Assembly: GCF_006345805.1 (NCBI RefSeq)
Contig: NC_043017.1
Coordinates: 29,016,001 to 29,080,000, forward strand
Direction: 5' to 3'
DNA: 64,000 bases
Source: Octopus sinensis
Taxonomy: Eukaryota
Shown: in pieces, positions 62,819 through 64,000 of the stretch
How positions within the stretch are numbered: position 1 is the first letter of the stretch
Layout of the letters: the number at the start of each line of letters is the position of its first letter
Translations under genes and position numbers: made by a program
Notes under the pieces: generated by a model
What the model saw: the letters and a program-made list of their open reading frames with translations, nothing else
Told to the model about the DNA's origin: nothing
Database searches by the model: none

Positions 62819-63225
62819 GTGGCTGTGTGGTAAGTAGCTTGCTAACCAACTACATGGTTACGGGTTCAATCCCACTGCGTGGCATCTTGGGCAAGTGTCT
62901 TCTGCTATAGCCCCGGGCCGACCAAAGCCTTGTGAATGGATTTGGTAGACGGAAACTGAAAGAAGCCTGTCGTATATATGTATATATATATATATAAATG
63001 TGTGTGTATATGTTTGTGTGTCTGTGTTTGTCCCCCCTAGCATTGCTTGACAACCGATGCTGGTGTGTTTATGTCCCCGTCACTTTGCGGTTCGGCAAAA
63101 GAGACCAATAGAATAAGTACTGGGCTTACAAAAGAATAAGTCCCCGGGGTCGAGTTGCTCGATTAAAGGCGGTGCTCCAGCATGGCCGCAGTCAAATGAC
63201 TGAAACAAGTAAAAGAGTAAAGAGT
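62819..63225 (+). mobile_element. SINE family A
   Basis: Full match. Confidence 0.85.
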
Positions 63226-63829
63226 ATATATATATATATAATATATATATATATATATGAGGTGCATGTATGTACGAGAGAGACAGACAGACAGTCAGAC
63301 AAACAGAATTTGGGTTGATTCAATCTTCATGTACATTATTCACCCCGCGTACACATATGTCGACGAAGTAATATAACATTGAAACCATTGACTTCACAGC
63401 AATCTAAATACACAACACGCTCACCTCTTCCACTCTACGTCGTGGCAGACAGGAACATGCACTCAGATTAGGTTGTGTCACCATAAACAATATATTAGAA
63501 TTGTTGTTTCTAATTGTGTGTTGATTTTCTAAATATTTTCTTCATTTAATTCGTTCATTATCCTTTCTTTTGAATTGTGATTTCTCTCCGTTCTCATTAT
63601 TTTCAAATCAACACTTTTTTTGTTTCTTCTCATTTTCTCCGTTTCTCTCCTCCACCGCTGCCTCGTTATTCTTAGCCTTGTAATTTATATTTGTTTACCC
63701 TTTCCGACTGAACATTTTTTTTGCGGCTTGTTTATCAAGTCAAACGAAGTCGCTATAGGTTTGCTCTAACAGGTAGAAATAGTTGCGGAATCACCCTCAA
63801 ACAATATTGTAGAAACTAAAATAATTAAA

Positions 63830-64000
63830 ATGGTTGCATACTGTCAATCTAACACGAACGTGACAGTAGGGGGGTACACCACCGCTGTATAGCCCTAGGA
63901 AGCATCGACGCCTCCTGATAGTTTTGACACATTTTTCCCTGTGTCCTTATATGTCAAAGCCATCAGGGGGCGTCGATGCTTCCTAGGGCTTACAGCGGTG
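63830..64000. mobile_element. Second copy of the 2178-2435 palindromic MITE (runs off the window)
   Basis: tggttgcatactgtca...ctaggaagcatcgacg...cgtcgatgcttcctagg. Confidence 0.8.

Overview
AT-rich, repeat-dense eukaryotic DNA. The SINE, MITE and microsatellite repertoire looks like a coleoid cephalopod such as Octopus (inference). No host protein-coding gene can be supported, only two weak orphan exon candidates, and most ORF-track entries are translations of microsatellites or SINEs. The main element is a near-full-length Penelope-like retroelement (PLE, 48846-53713, minus strand) inserted in (TA)n. It has 238-bp pseudo-LTR direct repeats, an RT (YRDD) with a C-terminal CxC/GIY-YIG endonuclease, two large Asn-rich insertions, one homopolymer frameshift and one in-frame stop. 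Each pseudo-LTR carries a type I hammerhead ribozyme, predicting a 4,630-nt self-excised RNA whose 5' leader can pair over the start codon. Reading both strands shows 8 hammerheads with an intact catalytic core, one U4C-core variant and several decayed copies, from several families. Many sit in short non-autonomous (TA)n-embedded elements, often in fold-back arrangements, with a dense cluster at 48.1-49.1 kb. Also present: a Penelope/Poseidon-type remnant, RTE and CR1-like LINE 3' ends, four tRNA-derived SINE families (one concatemeric, one with swappable tails), Helitron-like elements, a TTAGGG-containing MITE with 8-bp TSDs, palindromic MITEs, mariner and Tc1 fossils, and long microsatellite arrays. 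All ribozyme and RNA-structure calls were made by eye and are untested.
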